DNA from: Paraspadella gotoi
Taxonomy: Eukaryota; Animalia; Chaetognatha
Assembly: GCA_051294375.1 (NCBI GenBank)
Contig: CM119268.1
Location: 20,254,531 to 20,318,530, forward strand
DNA length: 64,000 bases
Direction of reading: 5' to 3'
Both the position numbers and the translations under genes were made by a program. Position 1 is the first letter of the stretch. Every line of letters starts with the position of its first letter. The notes beneath the pieces were generated by a model. It had not been told where the DNA came from. It ran no database searches and saw only the letters and a list, made by a program, of their open reading frames with translations. Below, in pieces: positions 51,521-64,000 of the stretch.

Positions 51521-53971
51521 ACTTTTATTCTTTTTTAGTTCTAGGATTTTCTGAAATCGGTGCGAGCAGTCCTTTAGATTCAAGGTTTTTTCTCAATTAA
51601 CAAATGAGCAACCAACTATATGCGAGTTATGAGCAATTTTAACGTAAGTGGGACACCGACCGAAAAGTGACTTAGTTGCTTCACGAGTACTCGCGGTGCA
51701 ACTAAAAAAAGCAAATTTTTGTGTTCAATATTCAATATTCTTATAAAATAGTAAATTTTAAAAATATTTTTTTTAAAACTTTTAAAAAAGATTTAGATTC
51801 TTGATAAAAAGTTGAATCAAAAATATAAAACAAAAATTCTGTCATCTTCAGCGTTTAAAACGGGAAAAAAGGTAAAAATTCATGACTTTTTTATTCTCTG
51901 TAGTAGAAACTTATATATGTTAAAACGTAAAATGTTAAATAATTTTTTTGCGATCCAAACATTAAAATATCATTTAACATATATTTTATAAAAGTTTTTT
52001 ACATCGAATCCAAATCTGTTCTTAAAAATAAAATAAAAATATTTTGAAATTTAACGATTTTATTAGGATATTACTACATAAATAATTGAATTTACTAAAC
52101 TGTAATGATAAAGATAATAACAAAATAAAAATCATGAATAATATTACTGCAAACCAATTACGTTTGTCTTTTATTAATGTTTCAACTCATTCGAAACGTC
52201 TCCTATCGGGAATGCAACTGATTTCTAAAAAAATAAAATAGCATTCTCATCAGTCGTCTTTTCAGTCTCATTTAATAATGATATTAATACTATCTGAAAA
52301 ATTGGAACGATTTTCGTTTAGTTGAAAATACGCCCTATCCTTAATCCGAGATAATTAAAGCTCATCATCTCTTTTTAATAAAAGACAACATTTCATTTGA
52401 AATTACCAGGTTTTGATCATCTATTTTTTTATTTCTGAACCAACAATATAGATTAGTTAACTAAAACTATTTGGAGGTTTATACAGCGATTATATTTAAA
52501 TCCAAAAAGCACCTTCATTAACAAATAGACAATGCCGACATATAGCGAAACCAATAAAAATATTTCAAATAAGAATTTTTAAATCTAAATAAGATTTTTT
52601 TGTTATATCAAATAGAAAACCAGATGTCAACTAAGGATGAAGGGCAAGAGCAAGGGAAAATATAATCATTAAAACAACAATTAATTTACGGCAGTTTTTG
52701 GTAAAAACAATAAACAAAAATAAATTGACGCCTGCGTCAACTAAATTGTACGAACTAATTTCAAACAAAGCTGGATGAAAAATAAAATTACTGAAATTAA
52801 TTTAAACGTTTTCGAAGAAATCCTAGAGAACATTGTGTGGCTACCTTCTTGTTTTAATTCGAAGGTAATTCTCGGAACTTGTTTTCTTGCAGTAATGGTA
52901 TGTGAAATGAATTATGTAAGAATTAGAAAAAATCACAATTAGAAATTCACTATGAAGTTAGAAAAGGCGCACAAGTCACGAAAAATGAGGAAAATAAATG
53001 TAAGATAAGTAATCATGCTCTATTTTGTAACATTTAAGTTATCAAATGAATATTACTTTCTCTGCATTAAAAAAATATTTTTTTTTCTGGAAATTTCACA
53101 GGTTATACATTAGGAAAAAAAACAAAAAGGGTGAAAGGGAATGATGATTTTAAACGGGCTTTTTAATTGCCACGTTCAATTAATAGTTGGAATGCTTTAT
53201 GGCGCCTCTGCTTGTGAATGCCTCTGCTTTGCAACATAGCTAAGTTATTGCAGTTAACAATGGCTATGAAATGTTTCTTGGCTTGCGCCAATGACTTAGA
53301 AAGGAAAGCCAAATCCATAATATAATTCTCTCGAGGCCAATATTTTATACTTTATGGGTATTTTTTAAGTTTGAGTTTGAATATAAATCATTTCATGAAA
53401 TTAACAATTAAATGCTAAAATATGAATACATTTCACTGATTATTAACAAAACTAATTTTTTTAGTTTTCACACGCTTTTAAGACTAGTAATTAGTTGTTC
53501 GCTTTTCTCATAGCCGTCGGAATATGATGATTTCAAAATTGTGGCCAAGGTACAATCCATAACATCCTTACTGGAGCGCTCATATAATCTGATGGTGGAG
53601 CTTTGGTTAGACCTTTGTGGTTCAATGAGGGAATCGGTAAAGAAGAATGTAAATCGGGAAAATAATTTCTTTAAAAAATGTAATTAGGGTTTTTTAAGTA
53701 ACAATAGAAAACGAAAGGGGTGGTGCTGCGCATAACACACTCGGTGAAATGAAACGTGTCTTGACTTGAAAACTAATCCCAATTACGAAGAAAAGACATA
53801 GTAGTTGGGCAGAAAAGTATTGCGAATGTATCTTAAGAGAGAATAGGGAAAAAATGTAGCCGATAACCCAAGCATTCTATAACAATTTTGTTTGTCGATT
53901 TCCATTTTGAATATGTACACAATTCCATAGGTTTGTCTATTTTTTTTTGGTTTTTTTGTTTTTTTTTTGTT

Positions 53972-56900
53972 TTAGAGTCGAAACAATAGAAACCACGCCG
54001 TCGAGCAGGCGACGATACAGATGGTCGCGACTCCGGTCGTCGGGCGTTCGACGCCGTTATCGTCTCTGACTGGATTTACCACATAATTGTGGGTGTTTTG
54101 CGCCGGGTTTTTGGTCGCTTTGGGTTGCTGGGGTCGCTCCTCGTAAACGACGGGCGTTCTCTGGGTCTTGCGGTGATGAGGGTTGTGGGCCGGGTAACCG
54201 TAGCCAGATCCTGGGTCGTACCAACTGCCCTGTCCGCTTCCAGGCTCGTCGACGCCGACGCCCCCGCCGCTTCCGTCGTACAAGTCTTCGTCGTCATAGT
54301 AGTTGTCGTCGTCGTCATCATCGTCGTAGTAACCGCTGCCAGAGTCGTGCCCGTTTCCCCCTGGTTTTGCATCCCACTCATTTCGGCTCCCATAGTAGTT
54401 GTCGTATGAGCCGCCGTAGGAGCCGCCATAGTATTGCGCCTCACGTTCCCCCCGGGGCGAGAGTGGGTTGAAGTTACGTGACCCAAAACGAATTTTCTTC
54501 GACGAACGCGATATGTCTCGAGTCACCGGACTCGCTAACATGTGTTGCTTAATGCGGAAAAGTTTTTCCAATATTGCGTCGATGATCTGGAAGTTATAAA
54601 AAAGTTATGTAATTCAAAAATTATCGAGTAAAGTCATGAATTGAAATCTCTTAAATGTTTTTTTTAATTTACCTTGGAATTATCTCCGTCTTTTTTTCGG
54701 ACTTTTAATTCGGGATTGTGTTCTTGCTTAGACAACCCGACGCCCACGATGGTCTTGTTGTAGGCCCCGATCTCGATCCCGTTCCAGCAGTGTTGCCCCA
54801 GACGGGCTTGCCCGGAGAATTTCGTGTCCTTGCAAGTCGTGTCGGCCAGGTTGACAAAGAACCCTTTGGACGACCCCACGGCAATCAAGAACGCGTTGAG
54901 CCGGGAGGCGAGGTTTTGAGGCGCCGTCGAGACCTGGTGTAGCGCCGGGCTTTCGCGACGACGTCGGTCCTTTGCGCCGGGGTCGCCCTCGCTCCCCGTG
55001 CGCTGTTGCGGCTTTTTCCTCTTGGGCTGTCCACATGCACGGCGCACGCGATCGTCGAGATATTTTCCGTGTTCAAGGGCGTGCATAATGGCTTCGGATA
55101 TTTTTTCGGGAAATTCATTTAACACCTCCTCCAAGTTGAACGGGCCTTTGTTAGAAAAAAAAATTAGCAATAATTAAAGTACTAATTCCAAATGTCAGTA
55201 ACTAACTTTTCATGACTCCGATCAGATCTTCCAGGGCGTTGATGTAGGAGTTCCAGTTTCGGTCGATTTCTGACATAGGAGCCAAGCACCCTCTCATCAC
55301 ATTGAGACACATTCCCCAGCAAGGAGGCACGGTGACGTGTCCTAAACCGACAGAAAACAGAGATAAAGTTATACTCAACATAGCTTTGTTCGCGAGAACA
55401 AAAAATACAAAAAGTAAAAAGCGTAAATAATCACTTTTATCATTTGTAATAATAACTTAAAATTTAAACTGACGTTATTGCCGTTATGAAGACGACTAAA
55501 TTTATCGGATTTAGTTTCTGCACGGTTCTTATATGCTCACTGTAAATCATCTTTTGCGATGAGATTTGAGTTTATTAAAAGACGGCCCTATCAATATTCA
55601 CCCGAACAACGAGCGCAGTAGGTGAGATTGAGTAGAGCGTGGTTACACTCGTGTGTGGACTTGATCCCGTGTGTCGAATTCATGACATCGCTTCCCGTCC
55701 GCAAAGCGTCAAGGAAGAGCTCGGCCGCCATCAGGGCATGAGGAACCGTCAACTCTATCCTCCGCATCACTTGGCCGAAAGGATGGACTTCCGTTCGCGC
55801 TTCTTGCAAGCATTCCTCAAGGATGAATAAATTGAAAACATATTTAATGAGAAATTTTGATATTTTTTAACAAAATTTACGTTACTTTAACGAGATATGC
55901 TACTCGATTTGATGGTCGAAACGCAAGATGCCTCTTACGTCTATCGTAAAATCGGGAACCAGGCAGTCGGGGAATTGTCTCTGACAAAAATCGATTTGCT
56001 CTTTTTTCTTTCTCCCTCTCTCTTATTCTGACCAAAAGCTATTTATTTTTCTAATGACTCAGATGACTAGATATAGAAAAAGGGGTCCTCGGGTCGAAAC
56101 TGTCTGTTCTCCAATTTCACCATCGTAATAAAACTTTTATGACTCTGAGGCCCGTCGAATGCGCGGCGTGTTTTTATCACTGAGAAAGAGTGAGAGACAC
56201 CCGACCGTTCAAAGTTGTTTCAACTCGGTTGTCAAATCAAACTTTTAGCCTCTCGAAGTAACGTTTTAAAACACCGAAGAGGTAGAAGAGAAAAAGATGT
56301 GAAATATTTTTTTTTCTAACTATGTCCGATGGAGACCCTCCAAAGAAAGGCTTGATCTTCGTTTGAACTTTAATATATGTTTATATATCGGCGATATTGT
56401 TACAGATTTAAATCGGGTTAACAAAGAGAGACCCCTGTTGGATGAGGGGGGCGGCGAGTCCGGCAATTTCCTCTCTCTTCCGGAGCTTAAAATCGGCCGA
56501 GAGAGAATAAGAAAGAGTGTTTCCCATTCTCTTTGTTCGCGTTTCTATTGTGCTTTTGGGATCGGATCAGCTTCAAGTTTTCCATCCGTGTCCGACGCCG
56601 TAAAACCGTTTTGTTTCTCTCTGTTTATACTCGCGAAATAATTGCCCTTTCCAGTTTCCTCCGCCGGTCGAAATTCGTAAAACGGTGAAACCTACTGACA
56701 AATGCTACTTGAACGAATGAAATAGAAAGTGACAGCTTTCAGCAGTTGCCATTTGAACCGTCGCGAAAAAGGGGGGGGGAATTTTCGTTATGTTTTATTT
56801 CTGTTTGAGAGGGATTTTTTTTTTCATTTTAAAATTTTTTGAACGAAGTAAACTAAGAACGTGATCTTCGCGGAATTTCTGGTTTCTTCGATTTTGTTTT

Positions 56901-59900
56901 TCTCTGTTCGTTCTTAACGTGGTTCGTCTGGGCCGCCTCTGCGGCCTCCTTTGATTTGACCCAATTCTCATGCTCACACTCTCACGGAAAAACCAAAGGG
57001 AATGTGGAGATGGTCACACTCGCTTTTTAATACTTTTGTTAAAGGGTGGAGGAAAGGTTTGATCACGGGGCAAATGAACGTCAGTTTATTTTAATCGAAG
57101 CGAGGAAATCTAGTCCCGGCTGTGTCGATAAGACTTTAAAACGGCGAGGTTAAACCAAACTCAAATTTTAACTTAATCTTAGTCCCTATCGCGAATATTA
57201 TGACAAATAATTTCGAATTAGTAACACCGAAAAAAGTTTAGCTCCATTCTGACGTGTTGAAAAATTAGCAAGCCGAGCAGTATTAAAGGAGCGACTGAAT
57301 AATTAATGCCAGACTCTTTTTAAATTAGATCAAGAGGGGGATATTTCTTTTCGCAAACAGAAGCACCGAAAGAATGTCATATTTGTTTCGTTGCTTTAAG
57401 GGGAGAGTCTTGCTAAATGATGCTTCTCTCGGATCTCGTTTTAAGCAAATGGAAAAAAGGATCATGAAAAAAAATTCATTGCTTTGTTTGGGGAAAAAAC
57501 TACGTTCACCGGCCCCGGGGCCGGCAACAACTCCCGGGTTAAGGATTTCTAGATATGATTCTCTCTCTCTCTCTCCAGTTTCACCTCGTCTCGGTCTCGC
57601 CTCTCGTAATTTTTGCGAGGAATGCCAAGTCTGGCTTTAATGATAATTTTAAGTCTCTGCCTTTTACATGAAAGGCGCAAAATCTAAAAAGAATGTCATC
57701 TAGATTTACGCATTTTTAAACGCATGGACGCTAAGTGCTTTTCGGTGGTCATGTGTGTATATTATACTGTAAATCGACCGATGTGCTTTTCCTCTCATGA
57801 TGATTCCAATGAGCATCAAGATTTTTTATTTTGGAAATTTGTAATGGATCGAGAATAATCGATCCTGCCAATTATTATGATCTTGTCAGTGAGATGATAC
57901 GATTCTTGAATCAATCTGTTTTCCTACCGATCGTTCTCGGGAGTCTCCTGTCAGTAGATAAATAACTTTTTATTAACTAGAGATCGTAAGATAAAGACAC
58001 TTTTTATTAGCAATAATATTTGATCAACAGTGGGCATTACTTGCGTTATCTCGTTCAATCCGACTTATTGACTATAGCGTCCGTGACTCTTCTTTTCTTT
58101 TCCCTCGCCATGCGTTCAAAAACATCAGTAGTATTTGCTCTGGCGGGTTATCCCTTATCCCTGCCTTGCCCTCGCACTTAATGCCGTGACCAGCTCAGTC
58201 AAGAAGCGTCTGTTATCTCTCTCTCTATAACCCTTTCCCAATCCCTCAATCGGAAACTCACCTTGTAGTCGTCTGTGAAGTCTGTTAGCTTTGGGTTGAG
58301 AGCGTGATAATAGACGGAAGGGAAGAAGCCGTCGAAGAATCCCCGCAGAGAGTCCAAGACGTCGACCTTGTGCCCTTGGAGGAGAAAGGCGCGGAAGTCG
58401 GCGTAAAGGTCGTGGAGACGGGGTGCGACTGACGACGACATCCGCGGATAAACCGTCTGTTTCGGTAAAAAAGAAAGTGTTTGTTAAGAATTAAACAAGT
58501 CTGATCGTGTTGATTTGAAACGCAGCCTACATTTTAGAATATTTTTCCCTAGTTTCCGTTCTCTTCCCCCCCCCCCACTTTCCCCCTCGAAATGTCTTTC
58601 TTTCGAAATTCGATTCTTCATTTCAGAGGTTCATTTTTAGCAAAGGTAAGGATGGTAAGGTATCTTCTTTTGTTTGTCTTTATCTCCCCACTCGAGGATT
58701 TTCAAGAGATGTATGGCTGGCCGCCTTCTCTCTCTCATCTTGGACCTGTTTTTCTTCGTCTACAAATATGCAAAATCTTGTCAATAAAACGAAATCTTTT
58801 CTTCCTTCCGGCAGGATTATAAGAGAAATCCCAGTCGCAGTTTTTGTTTTGTTGTTTTGTTTTTTTGTTTTTTTTTGCTCATTCCTAAATTTAAAAAAAA
58901 AAGTTAAAAACTATTTTTTACGATTCACTTTGGTCGATTATTCGACTTCAAAATACGCGCGACCAATTAGTCGCTCCCCCAAAACAGCGGAGGCGAAAAA
59001 GGTTTTTTTTAATAGCTCGTAATTGACGAGTAAAAAGTTAATTTTTTTTTCTTGTGTACAGGGCTCAAGTTAGATTGTTGCAGTAGAAATGGTTCGAGTC
59101 ATTTCGGAAAGAAGATTATAGTTTCATTTCCTTTTTTTAAATTCACTTTTGGTCTTTCGTGCCCGTTTCTACGCCTATGAAACGACCATCAACAATTTCC
59201 TTCAACTCTTGCTACGGGAGGTCTTATCTCTTCCTTTCATTTTTTTCTTTTTCACCCAGCTTATTTCGCTAGTTTCTCAGGATCAGAGGGTTTCTGTTTT
59301 CTTGAAAAAGCAAAGGAATGTTCACCTTTTTTTTATGTTTACCGCCAAAGAGAAAAAGAGGGGGTGAAAGTCGTCGGCTCATACTTTTCCTCCATATCCG
59401 ACTAAAACAAGCCAAATTGACATTTTAATAAATTATTTATCCTGTATCAAGCTTTATGCAACATTAATGACGAAAACAAAATTTGAAACTATGTATTTCG
59501 TTCGTTAGGAAATGAAGCCCCATCGTTTAAAATTTGTTTACCTGAAAAAGGTTATTGGTCTTATTGCGCGAGATCTCAAGTAGTTGGTCGTAGTGTCGCT
59601 CAAAATCGAAGATGTTTTTGGCGAGGAGCTCCGTCAGTGGCGTTGCGGCGCCTGCGACTACCGTCTCGTAATCCCCCACAATACTGGTCTCATACTTGTG
59701 CAGCATCGGGGCGCTACAGCAAGTGTGTGCCGCGACGGAGGGGCAGTGTTTCAGTCCGGCTCCAGAGCCGGGCGTTGCGGGGACCAGATGGGAGGGTCCA
59801 ATCCCTCTTTGGACGAATTCCTCCCGCACGCTGTCGCACGATCGGATGGGTTGTTGAGTGCTCGTTCGTTGTTGGGTATGGCGATGATGCTTGCGCTGTT

Positions 59901-60060
59901 GTTGATGTTGCTGCGGGTTGTTGCGGCGATGGTGTGGTTGACCGGCGTCGGCGGCCACGCAGCGAGTCACGAGGCAACAACCGATTATCACATGAACGAG
60001 GATAGTCTTGCGAAGAATCATCATCTTCGAGGTCGACCGCGATGACTGGATGAATCTCAT
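53972..60060 (-). CDS. Glypican, dally/GPC3/5-like, ~716 aa, 6 coding exons
   Basis: Exons 60060-59542, 58456-58262, 55815-55602, 55341-55207, 55145-54673, 54586-53972 total 2151 nt. Glypican Cys pattern (SCDSVR, HC..TCCS, DYKECL, YCARC, PCWGMCLNVMRGC, ISEAIMHA, CWNG), furin-type RRRR, Ser-Gly GAG sites beside an acidic tract, and a hydrophobic GPI-type C-terminus. Confidence 0.93.
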
Positions 60061-61295
60061 TATGGAGAAAGTGAAGGGGCGGGTTGCGGGGAAAGGACGG
60101 GGGCCCAGGGGTGGGGTTTGAGGAAGAAGAGAGTTGGGAGAAGTGGAGTAGCGGAGTTTTTGTTGTTCCCCTCGGAAAGGGTGTCCGTTTCCTTCTTCGT
60201 GTAGGAGATGACGGTTGACCGACAACGCTTTTTTTAAGAATCCTATATTATCGTGACGTCACTTCGTCGGCCTGGAAAGAAATGAAAGGAAATTTGTGTT
60301 TATTTTAAAATTTATTACTTTCCCTGCCGTTTTCTCTATCGACAAATATCTCTTTGACCTTAACAAGAACTAGCAAGTTTAATGTGTTGCACCTCAGTAA
60401 CTTTGTTTTACATTTGCAAACCCATGAAGATTTTTTCAATGATAAATATTAATTTAAAAGTAAAAACCCAAACTATTTATATATGCATATTTTATTAGAA
60501 TCGACTTTGATATGCATCAGCAATGATAGCAGGAAGATGGATTTGAAAATCGTCTTTAATTTTTAAACTCACTTTTTTTAGATTTTATTTTTTTTTCTTC
60601 CTTTCAGTAAGTTTTCTGAAGAAATTTAATTAAAATAATATTAATATTATCTTCTGAAAGCCCTTTCAAATCTAAAGAGAATGACGTTCTTACGAATGCG
60701 GTAGTATAAAATTGAACCAGCCCAACTTTAATTTAATTAGGATACTCAAAAACGAGACATCTTTCTAAAAATAAATAGCTGGAGGGTAAATTTAAGATTT
60801 TTATCAAATTGTGATTGGCTATCTTGAATCTTTCTTTCTCAGGCTCTTTCATAATACTTATAAATAATGATATTTTATGTTATAATAATTTAAACAGGTC
60901 ATATATTTTTAAAAAATATTTAAAATTTTAGATAATTCACTTTTGACTCTCTTAATTGAACCAAGGCTGGGCAGCTTAATTTTTTATGTTAGAGCTTTCG
61001 TAAGTATATCATTCTTTTCATTTTTTTAAGGGCTTTCTGAGGATATTAATATTGTTAATATCTTAATAAATACTTTGTTTAAAAAAGTGTTAAAAGTTAA
61101 AAAAAAATTGAATTTAAAAACAGTGAGTTGGAAAATAAAACCCGATTTTAAAAGCCAACTTTCTCCACCCATTGGCAAGGCTTATCTTAACTAATCAATA
61201 TAAAATATGAACACAAATGACTTTAATATTTTCTATTCAACTATTTTTTTAAAATTAATGAAATAACCACTGGTTTGCAAATGACAGCTTTTTTT

Positions 61296-61478
61296 ACCAT
61301 CCCAGGTGTAGTGTTCCTTCCACAGTCCTAACGACTTCCCTCTGCGTTGGCAAAGCGAGACCGTCCTAGGGTAACCGCGCCAGTGACTGGAGGCATCACT
61401 GAGGGTCGGAAGCCCCCAAAGCCAACAGTGAGATGCCCCATTCCAATGGGCATCATAGGCAACCCGGCTGTTGCCATA
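61296..61478 (-). mobile_element. Structured ~255-bp repeat, 3'-truncated copy
   Basis: Reverse complement of the 5' ~180 nt of the 34436 element. Confidence 0.85.
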
Positions 61479-63349
61479 CACCATGTATTGATTACACGGA
61501 GGGAAATGAAAAGGTTTGTTACTCTTCACCGACTCAATATGATTAATATTTGATCATTTTAGTAAATAAAAAATTCCTCAACGTTTATGTTCCTATTTAG
61601 AAAATTGATAATACTTTACATCGTAACTACTGGTGCGCTTGCCTTCCAGCAGTTTTCTTTGCAACATTTCTCCCCTATAATTTGATAGTTCTTTTTTAAA
61701 CTCATTGTGAAAAAAATTAGCCAAATAGTTAATTTTTTTACATTGATTAGTTAGTATAATATCTTGGGAGCATGTTAAAATTTTTTTATTATTATATTTC
61801 AAGGTTTAGTGAGGCTTTTGCCAGATCTTGTTTTCTATTTTTTTTCTACTTTGAAATTTATTTTTCTATTAGTTTTAACTTAAAAAACTATAAAATAAAA
61901 ATAGCTGTTTTTGTGCTTTTGACATTCTGTAAGATAGGTTTTTTTCAAATTCAAAAATTTTTTTTTGAAATTCGACCATACCATTGATGTGCACATAACT
62001 AAAAAAGTAAACAAGCTAAAGTACTAGAAGTTGGAAAATAAAAACGTTACTGATTTTTTTACCAGAGTGCAAAATCCGTAGTTATTAAACAGATTATTTT
62101 GCCACAGTATTTGATCTTTTCATTTCACTCCCATTTGAAATGGGAGTGAAAAGCATCTTACAGTACAAGTATTATTCAAATAAAGTATAAGCCAAGTTAT
62201 GAACATTCGAAATGTGAGATAGAGCAACGGACCGACCGACAGACCGAAAAGTGAGTTACTTTTTGAAGATAGAAACGAGATTTTAAGGTTTTATTCTTCA
62301 TGTGCTCTGTTTCGAATAGAGATAAAAACTTGTGTTTAAATCGCCTCCCAAATTTTTTTGACTCATCCCCCGACTGCATCTTAACCGTTAATCTGTCGGT
62401 TTCTACTATCTTCACCCACAATTTCGGGCCGCCTATTACTCTGCCCTCTTATCTGATTGGCTTCCGAATGAGATTTAACTTTAAACTTTAAAGCGAAAAA
62501 TAGAGATGTACTTCTTCCTCGATAATTTTTTAGTAAATAAAAAAATTACAATAGTGGTCCTTGTTTGTATTGTTTTGGCATGTGTTTGAGACTCATTTTA
62601 CTTTTTTCCTTCTAAAGATTTTTTAATGTAAAAGCTGATAACGATTTCTCACACTGCATTTTTTTTTTGCCACTTTTATCAGTGTCTTTCAGCAAAATCT
62701 CGTTTTTTTCTTTTGCGATGCCAGATAGAAAAAAAAATTATTGCGTTTTTACTTACGACAAAAAAGTGAATGAATTGAGAAATATCCTTTTTTGCCGACA
62801 GGAACACCTGCGTCACTTTTATCTTTTGCTTCATATTCGAAGACGGCTCGGTCTATAGTTTTTTGAGCGGTCGTTCCTGTCACAGTGAATGTAGGACTGG
62901 AATAACTCGATTAACTTGGCGGCCACAGGGACAGCAAGGAAAGCGCCTCTCTCGTATAGGATCCTGTTTCTCTTTTTTTTTTATATCTCCCTGTCTCTCT
63001 CTGGTTTGACTGAAAGAAAAAAAGGCGGGGGTGACAGAAGGAAAAAAACTAAAGGTTGCGTTGGCCGGGGCGAAACTATTTTTCGAACGAACAATGCAAT
63101 CGACAGAAAAATTTTTTTTTTACTCTACATAGAACAAAAAAATTAAACAAAAATTGTCGTCTTCGGGTGTCCTCCTCTTTTTATCCTTTTAACTTATTCC
63201 CGTGCTAAATCGATTAAGGGGCGCTGCTTTACCGTTTTCGTCGGAGCAGGTTCCTTTCTCGTTCTCTCTCTCTTTCTCTCTCTCCCACAACTCTCTTTTT
63301 CTACATAGTCCTGTTGATCTCCCTGCCAAGTACCAATCCGTCGTTTTTA

Positions 63350-63800
63350 CCTCGCGGGTAGAAAGAGAGCGAGACGATTGAGAGGACGACAGGCGAGTGT
63401 GGTCGGAGCCGGCCGCAGATGGCAAGCCGCGACCAAAAACCGCGACGTCGTTTCCTTTTTCTTTTATTTTTTGGTCGAGAATTAAACGGTCGACCGGGAG
63501 CAGCCCATGATGCGGTGAAGGGATGGGTGCGAAAAGGTTGTTTTTCTAGAGACGCGGGGGTCGATGCTCTGTCGTAGATTTATCCTATGTAATCTCAAGA
63601 TGTCTTTGTTTTGTTTACGCTTCCATCTTGCGGATGAAAGAAGGGGGAGGCAGGATGGGCACAAAATCCTTCTCGCGACAGCGTGGGTTTTTTTTTCCAC
63701 TCGAGGAACCTAGATAAATAAAAAGAAGCGGAAATAAGAAACGGCCGTAAAGGGTCTCCCGTGATGGCGAACGCGGCGTAACACGCCACTGCGTGCGTTG
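63350..63800 (-). promoter_or_regulatory. Probable glypican promoter / non-coding first exon
   Basis: CpG-rich patch with a minus-strand donor GAG|GTAAAA at ~63350; an acceptor TTTCCAG|G at ~60272 lies upstream of the glypican ATG. Confidence 0.35.
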
Positions 63801-64000
63801 TTTTTGTAACGGGAGAGTGATAAGTAGTCTTAAAGATTAAAAAATGGTAAATTATGACGGAGCAAAGCGATTCATAATAAATAAACGATATTTAACTTTA
63901 GTAGAAAAGGAAAATGCAGTTTTGTTCTGTTGGCGACAACGGCTATATTTATTCACGTAGAAAAATAAAATTGTCAACTTTTTTTTTCTTATGACCAAAA

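Noticed and set aside
52195-52258. Extra hammerhead on the minus strand (CTGATGA-GAATGC...GCATTC)
   Set aside because: The stem is not followed by GAAA and there is no stem I/III.
59584-60045. Antisense ORFs over glypican, UBR5 and menin exons
   Set aside because: Shadows of GC-rich codon usage on the opposite strand; no independent motifs.

Overview
AT-rich, intron-rich invertebrate (metazoan) genomic DNA; no prokaryotic operons or CRISPR. I reconstructed five spliced genes by hand with consistent intron phases: the 3' end of UBR5/hyd (MLLE+HECT, +), a classical calpain (16 exons, -), menin MEN1 (11 exons, +, C-terminal exons not found), a 12-exon Ig-superfamily type I membrane protein (-) and a dally/GPC3/5-type glypican (-). 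Introns and intergenic DNA contain many nested non-autonomous elements: DINE-1/Helentron-like repeats, hAT- and Tc1-type MITEs, tRNA-derived SINEs and a small LTR element. Main findings: (1) the Ig protein has a cytoplasmic EF-hand-like pair whose loop is split by an intron, so the ORF track misses it; (2) three intact minimal type I hammerhead ribozymes of Penelope-like type, plus decayed copies; (3) a ~255-bp multi-hairpin element inserted at the same GTAC site in both inverted arms of one MITE; (4) a non-autonomous LTR element with a 21-bp tandem array of YY1/Pho consensus sites. All gene models come from reading the sequence and need transcript confirmation.
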